Origin: Alphaproteobacteria bacterium
GTDB taxonomy: Bacteria; Pseudomonadota; Alphaproteobacteria; Rs-D84
Length of the DNA: 64,000 nucleotides
Assembly (NCBI GenBank): GCA_017503725.1
Contig: JAFVSL010000005.1
Location: forward strand, 15,455 to 79,454
Reading direction: 5' to 3'
The notes below the pieces were generated by a model that ran no database searches, was not told the origin of the DNA, and saw only the letters and a program-made list of their open reading frames with translations. Each line of letters starts with the position of its first letter. Within the stretch, counting starts at the first letter, position 1. Shown here in pieces: positions 6,140 to 16,485 of the stretch. The position numbers and the translations under genes are program-made.

Positions 6140-8845
6140 ATGAAGAAAGTTCTGATTTTTGTTGCATTGTGCCTGGGACTGACCGGTGGCACATATGGCG
6201 CCGTCCGTGACGGCGGGGTGGCAACACGCGCAAAAAACGGAACCGCAAACACCACACAGCGACTTACCAATTCAACAAAATCTGCACGCACGGCGGCACG
6301 CACATCTACATTAACGCCACGCGGGGTCGCAACCACAACAAAATCCGCCACAACACGTGCAACAACCGCCCGTGCGACAGTGAATAACGCCGCGCGCACC
6401 ACAACCGCCCGCGCCACCACACAAAATCAAAGCCCAATTCCACGTGTCATTTCACGTGCCACCACGGACACAGACACCCAAACACCACAAACCCGCACCG
6501 GGGCCGAATACGAACGTTGTAAAACGGCATATTTTACATGTATGGATCAATTTTGCGGCCAGAAAAATGACGACTATCGTCGTTGTTCGTGCAGTAATCG
6601 CCTCTATGATTTGGTGGACGCGCGCGAAACATTGACCCAGGCGGGCGAACAATTGACCGTATTTACAGAAAATCTGGACGTGGTTGGTATGACCGCCGCC
6701 CAGGCAACGGCTATGAAAACCGCATCCGACGGGGAAAAGGCCTTGGCTGATGACAAATCCGCATCCAAGGCGTTATTACAGGCCATATTAAATTCAATCC
6801 GTGGCAAAGATTCATCCGTTGGCGGTAAATTTTCAGACTTAAATTCTATAAACATTTCATTTGATACGGCAAACGCATTCGGCACAATGGACGCGGGCCA
6901 GGCAATCGCAACCTATAATGGGCAAAATTTATACAGTGCGGTTTATCCGCAATGTCGCGCGGCGGTACGCGCCGACTGTAACGACGCATCGTTACAGCGT
7001 GCAATAACCGCATATCTGATGGCAATAGAGCAAGATTGCAACACCGTCGAAACGGCGGTCGAAAACAAGCGCAAAGAAATGAAGTCCGCCATACGCGAGG
7101 GCAGCGCAATGTTAGATCTGGCACGTGTTGAAAATCGTCAAAAACATAATTCATCGGATATTACCACCTGTATCGCAGAGGTAGAGTCTGCAATCCTTAG
7201 TGAACAGGTTTGTGGGGCCGGATATCACAAGTGCCTGGACAATGGTGAATTTATAGATATATCCACCGGCGCACCAATTGCGGGTGTAACAAACTTCTAT
7301 CAATTGGCAGATATGTTGAAATTTGCCGGTGGTGTTGATGCAGCAAATCAAAAATTATCCAAGAATACCGCCAACCGCACATTTGTTCAAAACTTTGAAT
7401 CACGAACAAAAAAATTTGCGGCCGACGCATTGGACAAATGTGTCGAAGATGCGGACATCGTATGGTCTGAATACCTGGACCGGGCTTTATTAGACATATA
7501 CTATGCCCAAAGGGCCAAAGTTGATATCATCAAACAAGGGTGCTTTGATTTTGTATCAACCTGCTATATGAACGCAGACGGGTCGATGACCGACGCAATG
7601 AAAGAATTAACCGGGGACAGTGGCCTGACCATACAACCCAGCAAGATTACATTAACCGGTGCAATGTGTACGGATTATGTCAACTCTTGTAACAGTCTTT
7701 TCAAAACCGATATTATCAAAGACTATATCACCGAACGCCAGGAAACAGACACCCTGACCGCGTGTCGTGCGGTTGCCAAACAATGCTTTGACAGTTTTGG
7801 TGGTGCAAACTATGAAAACTTTTACTATCCGTACAGTGGTTTATTTACACCAAACACAGGAACCGCCCCAGATTGGTTTACACTTTATGAATATATCTCG
7901 GCCGATACGTATAGCAAAAAAAGCAACATAAACGACAAAACCAATTACGATTCAACATATACGGAATTTGCAGAATACGAGGGCAAATACCGTCGTTATA
8001 AATCAACCTGTGCGAAACAATTAACCGCCATAGACTCGTGCAATTCACCCGAAATGATAGAGGCCGCATTTGGTGGATTCGATAAAATGTACGTAGAATC
8101 CCTAAGCGACGATACCGCCACAACATTCAACACATCGGGTAATGGGACCTGTGATTATATATTCACAGGGGAAAAAACAGATGGTTCCACAGAAAAATAC
8201 GGCATTATGGACGGGGACTGCCTAAGTCATCGTATCGTGCGTCCAACCGGTGTCGCAACCGAGGTTTATAACCAGGTTATTGACATCCTGACAACCCAAT
8301 GCACAAACTTGCAGGGGCGCTTTATGGAACTGCAATACGGTCGCCTGAATCAATATATGTCCGACAATATCTGTATGTCGAATTTCACATTCCCAACTGA
8401 TAACAATGAAGAGAATCCGATCAAAAAACTTCTTGTTTTGGGCGACGGCAAAAAGGATCAACACGAAAATATGTGTCCACGCGATTATACACTGTCCGTA
8501 GACACAAAATCATGGGGGGCGTGCCTGTGCTGGGAAAATGGTGGCCGACGCAGTAAAAACGGCACATCCGCCAAATGTGTTGCTGCAATTCCGGTTGCCG
8601 CAAACGCCAATGACGCGACTTGCTCTAACGAGCTGTTAGATAAACTTGGGTGGCATTTTACAGAAGAAGACGCATTTAAAACACTTGTTTCTGATCCAAC
8701 CGCCTGGTGCGTACGTAACGTATATTCCAGCAAGAAACAAATATGCCCAGTCGCATATGATGATGGCGATGAAATTACGAGCAGTGGAGAATGCGATTAT
8801 GTTGTTGGCGGACAAAGTGATTTGCCAGACGGCCTGTCAATGTAA
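6140..8845 (+). CDS. Family-C large secreted protein, 901 aa. Signal peptide, a Thr/Ala/Arg-rich low-complexity region, then a Cys-rich domain beginning CKTAYFTCMDQFCGQKNDDYRRCSCSNRL.
   Basis: Long ORF with clear signal peptide MKKVLIFVALCLGLTGGTYG. Paralogous N-terminal architecture and Cys motif in the ORF at 62682..63647. Confidence 0.7.
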   Translation: MKKVLIFVALCLGLTGGTYGAVRDGGVATRAKNGTANTTQRLTNSTKSARTAARTSTLTPRGVATTTKSATTRATTARATVNNAARTTTARATTQNQSPIPRVISRATTDTDTQTPQTRTGAEYERCKTAYFTCMDQFCGQKNDDYRRCSCSNRLYDLVDARETLTQAGEQLTVFTENLDVVGMTAAQATAMKTASDGEKALADDKSASKALLQAILNSIRGKDSSVGGKFSDLNSINISFDTANAFGTMDAGQAIATYNGQNLYSAVYPQCRAAVRADCNDASLQRAITAYLMAIEQDCNTVETAVENKRKEMKSAIREGSAMLDLARVENRQKHNSSDITTCIAEVESAILSEQVCGAGYHKCLDNGEFIDISTGAPIAGVTNFYQLADMLKFAGGVDAANQKLSKNTANRTFVQNFESRTKKFAADALDKCVEDADIVWSEYLDRALLDIYYAQRAKVDIIKQGCFDFVSTCYMNADGSMTDAMKELTGDSGLTIQPSKITLTGAMCTDYVNSCNSLFKTDIIKDYITERQETDTLTACRAVAKQCFDSFGGANYENFYYPYSGLFTPNTGTAPDWFTLYEYISADTYSKKSNINDKTNYDSTYTEFAEYEGKYRRYKSTCAKQLTAIDSCNSPEMIEAAFGGFDKMYVESLSDDTATTFNTSGNGTCDYIFTGEKTDGSTEKYGIMDGDCLSHRIVRPTGVATEVYNQVIDILTTQCTNLQGRFMELQYGRLNQYMSDNICMSNFTFPTDNNEENPIKKLLVLGDGKKDQHENMCPRDYTLSVDTKSWGACLCWENGGRRSKNGTSAKCVAAIPVAANANDATCSNELLDKLGWHFTEEDAFKTLVSDPTAWCVRNVYSSKKQICPVAYDDGDEITSSGECDYVVGGQSDLPDGLSM

Positions 8846-8927
8846 AAAATCCTTTGTGCTAAATAAAAGTTTAGTTAAGTATCTTATATCACATATCTCA
8901 TTAAAAATCCCGGCATCGCCGGGATTT

Positions 8928-10079
8928 TTATTTGTTTCTAATACCATCCGCGATTAGTGTCGCGGGGGCGCCATTTGATCGACGCCACAGCGTATCCGCA
9001 GATTTTAATTCGGCAATCATCTTTTCACGAACCGATGGAATTGTTAATTGTCCAAACGCGTCCAATGCACTGTCCGCACGGGCGGCCGGCCCTAATAATT
9101 CTGGATATACACCGCGATTTAATAAAATATTCACCAAAGATACCCATTTTACCCGTATCATTTGGCGAACCAGCCACGTGGTTATCGGGTTCATTTTATA
9201 CAAAACAATTGTCGGCACGTGCATCATTGCCAGTTCGGCAGATACCGTACCACTGGCCACAATGGCAATATATGTTTTTGAATAAACATCGTACCGCTGA
9301 TTGGACGGGACCAATGTTGGTTTAACTGGCCACCGCGACGTCTGGTCACGAACATAGTCCACCGTTGTTTCAACGGTTGGAATAACAAACTTGTATCCCA
9401 AAAATCCATTCCGCGTCAGCATATCCACCATATCACGCATTATCGGCAATAAACGTTTGACCTCTGACATACGACTGCCCGGAACCAGGGTGATAATTTT
9501 TTCATCTGATTTGTTCTTTGTTGCATCATATTTGCCGATTATCCCATCTGCAATTGGATGCCCAACCGCAACCGTATCCAAACCATATTTTGTAAAATAG
9601 GGCACCTCAAAATCAAAAAACGCATACAGTTTATCAAATGTTCGCGCATATTTTTTTGCGCGTCCCGGCCGCCAGGCCCAAACCTGGGGGGCAACAACGT
9701 GATGAAATTTAAGACCGTTTTTAATAAGTTCTTGGCCCGCCGGCAACTTGCGAATTTGTTTTATAACACTTTTGACAAAGCCAGGTGCATCAATACTGAC
9801 CACCACATCAGGTTTTATTTCCAATATTGCATTTACCGTCTCGCGGATACGGCGTGTTAGTGTGCGGGCGTGTGCTAAAACCTCTACCGCGCCCATAACC
9901 GCCAAATCACCCATCGGGAACAACGATTTTAATCCCGCAGCACACATATTTTCACCGCCGATGCCAACGAACCGCACGTCTGGCATTTGTTCCATAATAC
10001 GCGCCCCCAGCACATCCCCAGACACTTCGCCCGCGATGATAAAGACGGTTTGCTTATTCTGCATTCTTTGATGTTCCAA
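8928..10079 (-). CDS. lpxB: Lipid-A-disaccharide synthase
   Basis: N-terminus ...TVFIIAGEVSGDVLGARIMEQM is typical of LpxB. Length is about 380 aa. Lies immediately downstream of lpxA. Confidence 0.9.
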   Translation of the reverse strand: MEHQRMQNKQTVFIIAGEVSGDVLGARIMEQMPDVRFVGIGGENMCAAGLKSLFPMGDLAVMGAVEVLAHARTLTRRIRETVNAILEIKPDVVVSIDAPGFVKSVIKQIRKLPAGQELIKNGLKFHHVVAPQVWAWRPGRAKKYARTFDKLYAFFDFEVPYFTKYGLDTVAVGHPIADGIIGKYDATKNKSDEKIITLVPGSRMSEVKRLLPIMRDMVDMLTRNGFLGYKFVIPTVETTVDYVRDQTSRWPVKPTLVPSNQRYDVYSKTYIAIVASGTVSAELAMMHVPTIVLYKMNPITTWLVRQMIRVKWVSLVNILLNRGVYPELLGPAARADSALDAFGQLTIPSVREKMIAELKSADTLWRRSNGAPATLIADGIRNK

Positions 10080-10851
10080 TGCCGCGTTTTGAACGATTTT
10101 CGATAAAGTCTATGGCGTCCATTGCGTATTTGTTATTTTTGACCTCTTTACGCACCTTGGCCAGGCGGTCTGCGGTTGTCCCTTCGTCATTACGAAATAC
10201 CGCCGAATAAACAGAATGAATTGCGTGCATATCTTCATTTGTAAATCCGTGACGCATCAATCCAACACGATTGATTGTACGATACACGGCACGATTACCA
10301 TCATAAATGGCATATGGCAAAACATCACTGCCAACGCCGGACATACCACCAATAAAGGCATTGCGCCCAATACGTGCGAACTGTAATACCATTGTTCCAC
10401 CAGATAAAATCGCAAAGTCTTCGATTTCGACGTGACCGGCAACCTGGACCAGGTTAGACATAACAACACTGTTGCCAACCTTGCAATCGTGGCCAACGTG
10501 CGCATTAACCATAATCTGACAATCATCGCCAATAACCGTACCATCAGATGCCGGCGTCCCCGAATGAATTGTCGCATATTCACGAATCTTGCAGCGCTTA
10601 CCAATACGCAGACCGGTCATTGTGGATTCATCCTGCCACTTTAAATCCTGGCTCATAACGCCCAGAACTGCGAATGGATAAACAATAGAATCGTCCCCGA
10701 TTGACGTTTTTCCGTCAATAACAACGTGCGACACCAATTCAACGCGATCGCCCAAAACAACGTTCGGCCCAATAATGCAATATGGGCCAATTTTGCAATC
10801 TGCGCCCAGTTTGGCCCCTTCGTGAATAATAGCAGTTGGATGTATAGCCAT
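10054..10851 (-). CDS. lpxA: Acyl-ACP-UDP-N-acetylglucosamine O-acyltransferase
   Basis: Left-handed beta-helix hexapeptide repeats. C-terminal ...RHGF..EDM..I...Y..VF motif region. 265 aa. Overlaps the lpxB start by 26 nt. Confidence 0.9.
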   Translation of the reverse strand: MAIHPTAIIHEGAKLGADCKIGPYCIIGPNVVLGDRVELVSHVVIDGKTSIGDDSIVYPFAVLGVMSQDLKWQDESTMTGLRIGKRCKIREYATIHSGTPASDGTVIGDDCQIMVNAHVGHDCKVGNSVVMSNLVQVAGHVEIEDFAILSGGTMVLQFARIGRNAFIGGMSGVGSDVLPYAIYDGNRAVYRTINRVGLMRHGFTNEDMHAIHSVYSAVFRNDEGTTADRLAKVRKEVKNNKYAMDAIDFIENRSKRGIGTSKNAE

Positions 10852-10934
10852 AATATAACTTCTTTGTTTTATTTATTTTCTGCAGAAATCATACCCTAAC
10901 GGGGCACAAAATGGTATTAAATAAATATAACAAA

Positions 10935-11924
10935 TTATAACAAAGTGCGGAATTCCCGCCAATTTTTAACCTGGGGCAATACGGACAAATACAAAACACC
11001 GATTGCGGCCACCGCCGGCATCGTTGTAATCGTCCCAAACAGTATTACCGTCATCGCCAGCATACGTTCCATTAACCCACGTGGTTGCGCCTTTGCGTGC
11101 CATACCGACAACATAAACAGCACCAATACTGCACCACACATACCAACAAACAACGGCACAGATTCCGTCAGCATAAACAGCGCCATCATCAAAACAGACA
11201 CAACCCGCATCATCCATTTTAATTTCACATAGGCACTTTGACGAATCTTGCCACGCGAATTAACATTGTTAAGCGCAATCACCGCCATTGCGCACACACC
11301 AATCATCAGCACAAAAATCAAATGCACCGGTGTTAAATTACCCAACTGACCAAAGCGGAAAAATTCTGGTTGCATCAGCATTGCCACCGTCACCATCAAG
11401 ATAATTAAAATCATTCCCGCAACCGGTCGCATTGCACCACGTGCCACGCGCCCCATCAGCCAGCCCAACGAACACGCACCAACCTGTAATATTGGCCCCC
11501 ACCAGGCGTGCACGTCAGACATCACCAACGCCAAAAGAATCAAGACCGCAATGGCGAATCGCGCCCGTGCATTTATCTTGAATGCTGGCAAATGACGCAT
11601 ATGCGACGCAACAAACAAAGACGTCAGGAAAACAATAACCGCCACCACAAATGGCAACACCGACACTTCATCGCGCAAAACGGCATAGTTTCCACCAAAA
11701 AGCACAACCCACACAAACGTCAGCAACGCCACCACAACACCACCACGCGCATTGATATTATCCGCCCCCAGTGAAAATTTATCACAAATCATCGGTGCGC
11801 ATTTCCACACCAAAAACATCAAAGGCAACGACAGAACCGCCCACCACAAAAACGCAGGCGCGACCAATGCCGCATTATTAAACGCACTAATTGCACTTTG
11901 CACAATAACAACATCATTAAACAT
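10935..11924 (-). CDS. Polytopic integral membrane protein, about 10 TM segments, function unknown
   Basis: 329-aa ORF that is highly hydrophobic throughout. No diagnostic motif recognised. Confidence 0.55.
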   Translation of the reverse strand: MFNDVVIVQSAISAFNNAALVAPAFLWWAVLSLPLMFLVWKCAPMICDKFSLGADNINARGGVVVALLTFVWVVLFGGNYAVLRDEVSVLPFVVAVIVFLTSLFVASHMRHLPAFKINARARFAIAVLILLALVMSDVHAWWGPILQVGACSLGWLMGRVARGAMRPVAGMILIILMVTVAMLMQPEFFRFGQLGNLTPVHLIFVLMIGVCAMAVIALNNVNSRGKIRQSAYVKLKWMMRVVSVLMMALFMLTESVPLFVGMCGAVLVLFMLSVWHAKAQPRGLMERMLAMTVILFGTITTMPAVAAIGVLYLSVLPQVKNWREFRTLL

Positions 11925-11962
11925 AAACTTGCCTTTTGATTTTGTTGAATTATGATATAGGT

Positions 11963-12646
11963 ATGTCTGAAAAACAAGAAATTTTTACCCTTATGGGGGG
12001 GCGCGTTCGTATGCGCCGTGGTTTTTACAATCCAACATCAGATGCGGTGTGGCTGGCGGCGTTTACGCCAACGGGCGCAAAAACCGTGCTGGATGTCGGA
12101 ATTGGTTCCGGCGGGGTGGGGCTGTGCGTACTGGCGCATAATCCGGACATAAAATTAACGGGGATTGATGTGTCGGATGAAATGCTGAACGCGGCACGCG
12201 AAAACGCCGAATTAAATAACCGGGACATAGAACTAATCAACACCGACATTACCAAATGGCGCACAGACCGCACATTTGATATTGTTGTTACAAACCCACC
12301 ATACTTTCGTGGCACGCCCGCAAAACATAACGCACATCATAATGCAGATTTAACCGCGTGGATAAAGAAATGCGTTGCCCGCACAAAACCAAATGGATAT
12401 TGCTGTGTTATAACTGATGCAACAACCGTGGACAAAATAATTGCAGAAATGTCCGTGAATTGTGGTGATATAAATATCTTTCCGTTATTTGGTGCACGCG
12501 ATACCGCCGAACGCGTATTGTTGCGTGGGCGCGTGGGCGCACGGGGTGGGGCGACGCTGCATCGTGGGTTGCCTATGAATTGGGACCCGGTATTGCGCGA
12601 TGGCTTGACTATCGCCGAATCATTGGGTAAACTGTCCAAGATATGA
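11963..12646 (+). CDS. SAM-dependent methyltransferase with NPPY motif, resembling tRNA1(Val) (adenine37-N6)-methyltransferase of the TrmN6/YfiC type
   Basis: VLDVGIGSGGVGL (motif I) and VTNPPYF (motif IV). Start placed at the ATG 11963 (MSEKQEIF). The six-frame ORF begins at 11936. Confidence 0.65.
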   Translation: MSEKQEIFTLMGGRVRMRRGFYNPTSDAVWLAAFTPTGAKTVLDVGIGSGGVGLCVLAHNPDIKLTGIDVSDEMLNAARENAELNNRDIELINTDITKWRTDRTFDIVVTNPPYFRGTPAKHNAHHNADLTAWIKKCVARTKPNGYCCVITDATTVDKIIAEMSVNCGDINIFPLFGARDTAERVLLRGRVGARGGATLHRGLPMNWDPVLRDGLTIAESLGKLSKI

Positions 12647-13920
12647 TAAACTTTATAACAAGACATTTTACATCCCTGTGGGCGTTTGTAACGTCACCGT
12701 TTCGCGCGATATGGCGCGGAATTGTGCGTTTTTTTCCGCCACGCGAATTTACGGTTATGGATACACCGCGTGGTAATGTGTATACTTTCCAGCAAAGCAG
12801 TTTTTGGCGCTTTACGCGTTTTTGTGGCAAAATAGGGCTGATTATTTGGGCATCTTGGTCGACCTATGTATTTGTATATCATCGTCCGTTATTGCAAAAG
12901 CGCACCCAACAACTAGAGGAAATTCGTGCCGCACACGATCGTCATATGACTGATTTACAGACGTATTTGGCAAAATACAACGAATTGGCGCGCAACTTAA
13001 ATGTCATTGATGATAAAATCCTGAACGACAAGGAATTAAAACAAGATGAAAAAGACAAGTTAATGAACACACGTATCAAGACGTGGGGGGAATTGGACTT
13101 CTTGCGCACACGCATTAACGAAATGTTTAAAAACGAAGACTTCGCCCCTGAATATACCAAGATGTCTGAATTATCACTTGAATACGAATTGACACGCGCC
13201 GAAAACGAAGAATTAAAAAAACGCAACACCCAGATGATGGAATCAATGGCCGAAATCGCATCGGCTGACACCCAGATTGTTGATTTGGTCACATCTATGA
13301 CAACCCAGAACACCGAAGAATTACGCGCCGGAATTAAAAAGATAAAATCCACCGTAAATTCATTGGGACTAAGCGAACGTGCGCTGGTTACACGTGCAAA
13401 CAAATTTTCCAGTCCAATTGTCGGTTCGGCATTCAATCCACTTGAATTTGACAAAGAAATGGATGAAAAATACAAAAAACTGGCCGATGGTTTGGAATTA
13501 TGGCACGGCCTTAGCCGCTTGAACGAAATGCTGCCAATTGGTGCCCCGGTTGAAAAGGTTCGCATTACATCAAACTATGGCAAACGCGCCGATCCATTTA
13601 CCGGCGAAACCAAGCGCCACAAGGGAATCGATTTTGCAGGTAAAATTGGCACAGAATTATTTGCCGTTGCCCCCGGCCGCGTGGTTTCCGCCGGCGACAG
13701 AATAGGGTACGGTACAACGGTTGAAATCGACCACGGACTGGGCTTTACAACGCTTTACGCGCACCTGTCCCAGATAATGGTTTCGCGTGGTGATTGGGTA
13801 CGTCCGGGCACGGTTATCGGTCTGGGGGGCTCGTCGGGCCGTTCAACGGGACCGCACTTGCACTATGAAATCCGTTACAAGGGCGCCCAGTTTGACCCAA
13901 CTAAATTTGTAAAGGAATAA
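12643..13920 (+). CDS. M23 family peptidase with N-terminal TM segment and long coiled-coil, EnvC-like architecture
   Basis: C-terminal KGIDFAG...HLHYEIRYKG M23 motifs. A coiled-coil-rich middle region. ATGA overlap with the upstream gene. Confidence 0.8.
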   Translation: MINFITRHFTSLWAFVTSPFRAIWRGIVRFFPPREFTVMDTPRGNVYTFQQSSFWRFTRFCGKIGLIIWASWSTYVFVYHRPLLQKRTQQLEEIRAAHDRHMTDLQTYLAKYNELARNLNVIDDKILNDKELKQDEKDKLMNTRIKTWGELDFLRTRINEMFKNEDFAPEYTKMSELSLEYELTRAENEELKKRNTQMMESMAEIASADTQIVDLVTSMTTQNTEELRAGIKKIKSTVNSLGLSERALVTRANKFSSPIVGSAFNPLEFDKEMDEKYKKLADGLELWHGLSRLNEMLPIGAPVEKVRITSNYGKRADPFTGETKRHKGIDFAGKIGTELFAVAPGRVVSAGDRIGYGTTVEIDHGLGFTTLYAHLSQIMVSRGDWVRPGTVIGLGGSSGRSTGPHLHYEIRYKGAQFDPTKFVKE

Positions 13921-13925
13921 GAAAA

Positions 13926-14276
13926 ATGTTGGCATTTACAAACGCAAAAGAAAAACAATCACCGACCATTATTGGCGCGGGTTGCAAATTAACCGGTGAC
14001 ATAAAAACAGATCACAGTGTCCAAATTCACGGCGAAATTATCGGCGATGTAACAGCCGATGTGGTCGTTATTGGTCGCGGTGGCAGTGTCCAGGGCAAGG
14101 TGACGGCATCACACCTGTTCTTGCACGGGACATTGGATGGTCCGGCAACCGTAAACACGGCAAATATTTTCAGTGCTGCCCAAATGACCGGCGTGCTGTC
14201 TTATCATACATTGAACATCACCGGCAACACGGGTCTGGAATGCAAATTATCGAAACGAAAGGACAAGGCAAAATGA
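13926..14276 (+). CDS. Bactofilin family cytoskeletal protein (DUF583)
   Basis: Repeated beta-helical pattern I.G...G.I......I.G.V.G.V typical of bactofilins. Lies 5 nt downstream of the M23 gene. Confidence 0.7.
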   Translation: MLAFTNAKEKQSPTIIGAGCKLTGDIKTDHSVQIHGEIIGDVTADVVVIGRGGSVQGKVTASHLFLHGTLDGPATVNTANIFSAAQMTGVLSYHTLNITGNTGLECKLSKRKDKAK

Positions 14277-14719
14277 ACAAAAACGTATCAAAAGTATTTA
14301 TCGCGGCCGATCATCGTGGCGTTGGATTAAAATTATACTTGATTGAAATGTTGGCGGCGGCGGGCTATAACGTTGTAAATTTGGGCGTTGACGATCCAAA
14401 CACATCCGCCGATTATCCAGACGTTGCCGCAACCCTGGCCGATGCAATGGAAAGCGATGAAAAATCACGTGGCATCATTATTTGTGGCACGGGCGCGGGC
14501 ATAATGATTGCGGCAAACCGTTACCGCCATATTCGTGCATCACGTTGTGAACGCCCAGACCAGGCGCGCGACGATCGTTTTCACGACGACACAAATGTTT
14601 TGGCATTGGCGGCCGACGACATTGATATTGAAATGGCGTTCTTGTGTGTTCAGGCATTTTTAGAAAGCCCATTTGATGCCGTTGAACGTCGCATCCGCCG
14701 AATTGAAAAAATTTCGTAA
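14273..14719 (+). CDS. rpiB: Ribose-5-phosphate isomerase B of the RpiB/LacAB family
   Basis: IICGTGAGIMIAANRYRHIRA active-site region. About 148 aa. Start at ATG 14273 with RBS AAGGACAAGG. Confidence 0.75.
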   Translation: MNKNVSKVFIAADHRGVGLKLYLIEMLAAAGYNVVNLGVDDPNTSADYPDVAATLADAMESDEKSRGIIICGTGAGIMIAANRYRHIRASRCERPDQARDDRFHDDTNVLALAADDIDIEMAFLCVQAFLESPFDAVERRIRRIEKIS

Positions 14720-14729
14720 AGGATAAAAA

Positions 14730-15185
14730 GTGGAAAAACCAGTCAAACTATCACTAGAACAAGTGTACAATGCTTGCCATCGCTTTATTTGGCACATGGA
14801 CAGCAAGGTAAAAATTGTCCACACCCCAACAGAACGCAGATATATAATCTCGAACTATGATGTCTGGGAGGGCAGTCGTGGGATTTTATACATCTGCATT
14901 CCGCACTATGTGGCCAAAAGCCCCCAGAATCAAACCGGACACATTTTATTCTGTTACAATGGAGCTACGCCAAGATGGATTGCTGCAACACATCACAATA
15001 TTGCACATGCGATGGATGAATCTGCATCAAAACTAACTAAATTGTTGGGCCGTTACCGCGAACCAGTGTTTTTTGATTTAGTGGACAGTGCCGACAAACG
15101 CCCCCTGTATGATCGAGGCCACCCAGGCCTTGGTCGCGGAAGCCAATACCATTTTGTTCGTGATCTTTATCAAAAACAAAAATAA
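14730..15185 (+). CDS. Hypothetical protein with a GTG start
   Basis: ORF of 151 aa followed by a hairpin terminator at 15186-15215. No recognisable motifs. Confidence 0.45.
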   Translation: MEKPVKLSLEQVYNACHRFIWHMDSKVKIVHTPTERRYIISNYDVWEGSRGILYICIPHYVAKSPQNQTGHILFCYNGATPRWIAATHHNIAHAMDESASKLTKLLGRYREPVFFDLVDSADKRPLYDRGHPGLGRGSQYHFVRDLYQKQK

Positions 15186-15214
15186 AAAAATCCCGCATTA
15201 TGCGGGATTTTTTT

Positions 15215-15967
15215 TCATTCGTTACACGGCGCGCTGTACAGATATGTACCAACGTCATCAGAATATACATTCCCCGCGCGCGAATAAAGCCAACACGTCC
15301 CCAGGCCAGCATCACTTAGATGCGTTACTTCTTCGCACGCTGGCGCCGTCCCCAAACTCGCCTTACACGTTCCGTATGACGACGCGTCATAGTCCCTAAA
15401 AATCAAGCCCTGGCGTTCAATTGCAAGCCCACCAAGTCCAGACGGCGCCTCGTCTGGGAACATCTGGTCTTCTATGTCACTGCCACGATATGTCATCCAT
15501 TTGTTCATTTCTGTAAAAAGATACATACCAAGAGTTTGCTTCTCTAATATGCTAGCTTTGCACGCATATGCGCAATTATACATACATGAATCCAAATCAG
15601 CGCTTGTATCCGCCCCCGTTTTTTCTGGAAACCACTGTGTCGCATATGGGCGTATCATTTTACACCAACAATAATTACCCGTTTGTGTGGGCGCCGCAAG
15701 ATGTTTCGCAAATGTACTCATACTTGTGAATCTCGTCGACGAACACGCTGAAATTATTCTGGCATCTGTAAGATATGTATTTACAGAACCAGCAACCGTG
15801 AAACTATGATGCGACGGCCAAATCGATGCTCCAACTGTATAAGTGTCATTTGCCGTCCAACCAAATGCCGTATTCCCAAGAAAATCGGACCCAATTGACA
15901 CTTGGGTAATCGATGCCGCAAATGCGGGTTCTAATACCAACATATATAATATAAATATTTTCTTCAT
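15215..15967 (-). CDS. Family-B secreted Cys-rich protein, long variant, copy B5 (NYCWCKMIRP...W motif)
   Basis: Signal peptide MKKIFILYMLVLEPAFAAS. Contains the YCWCKM motif. Lies immediately downstream of B4 in a tandem arrangement. Confidence 0.6.
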   Translation of the reverse strand: MKKIFILYMLVLEPAFAASITQVSIGSDFLGNTAFGWTANDTYTVGASIWPSHHSFTVAGSVNTYLTDARIISACSSTRFTSMSTFAKHLAAPTQTGNYCWCKMIRPYATQWFPEKTGADTSADLDSCMYNCAYACKASILEKQTLGMYLFTEMNKWMTYRGSDIEDQMFPDEAPSGLGGLAIERQGLIFRDYDASSYGTCKASLGTAPACEEVTHLSDAGLGTCWLYSRAGNVYSDDVGTYLYSAPCNE

Positions 15968-15987
15968 CTTTTATCCCCCCTATATCC

Positions 15988-16461
15988 TTAAAACGCCTCA
16001 AACGCACCAAAAATCTTGCCACGAAAATCTGATGATGTTACCATATAGCTTGCACAATCACGCGCACAATTTGTCACACACTCCAACGCCGAAGTATAAA
16101 GAGTATTAGCCGGCAATCTAACATAACTAGATAAAACTGGTTCGGTCATCTGGCACCAACAATACTTATGCACACCACCCGTCGCGTTTTTCAATGGTCC
16201 CACCGACGGAGACCCCGAAGCCACCGTTGAACAATGTCCATACATCATAACCGCAACATTTTCGCCCGTATAGGGCAGTGTGCATACCACCCCATGTTTA
16301 TACGCGTATTGGCTAAAATACGAATATGCACTTGAATGCACACACGTTGTTTGCGACGCCAGATCTGCTCTGAACGGTGAACAAATATATGACCGCGTTG
16401 GCGTGGCAGCATTCGCAGACAAAACGCCCCCAATTAAACAAAAACATAAAAATCTTTTCAT
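15988..16461 (-). CDS. Family-B secreted Cys-rich protein, copy B4 (KYCWCQMTEP..SSY motif)
   Basis: Start at the ATG 16461 (MKRFLCFCLIGGVLSANA) with RBS AGGAGAAAGG. Preceded by conserved leader copy L4. Confidence 0.6.
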   Translation of the reverse strand: MKRFLCFCLIGGVLSANAATPTRSYICSPFRADLASQTTCVHSSAYSYFSQYAYKHGVVCTLPYTGENVAVMMYGHCSTVASGSPSVGPLKNATGGVHKYCWCQMTEPVLSSYVRLPANTLYTSALECVTNCARDCASYMVTSSDFRGKIFGAFEAF

Positions 16462-16485
16462 TTTCCTTTCTCCTGTTGTTATCAA

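Noticed and set aside
8932-10071. Plus-strand ORFs (for example 8957..9325, 9748..10071) antisense to lpxB, and similar antisense ORFs in lpxA, leuS, uvrA and argS
   Set aside because: They overlap strongly supported housekeeping CDSs on the opposite strand. No RBS or motifs are present.
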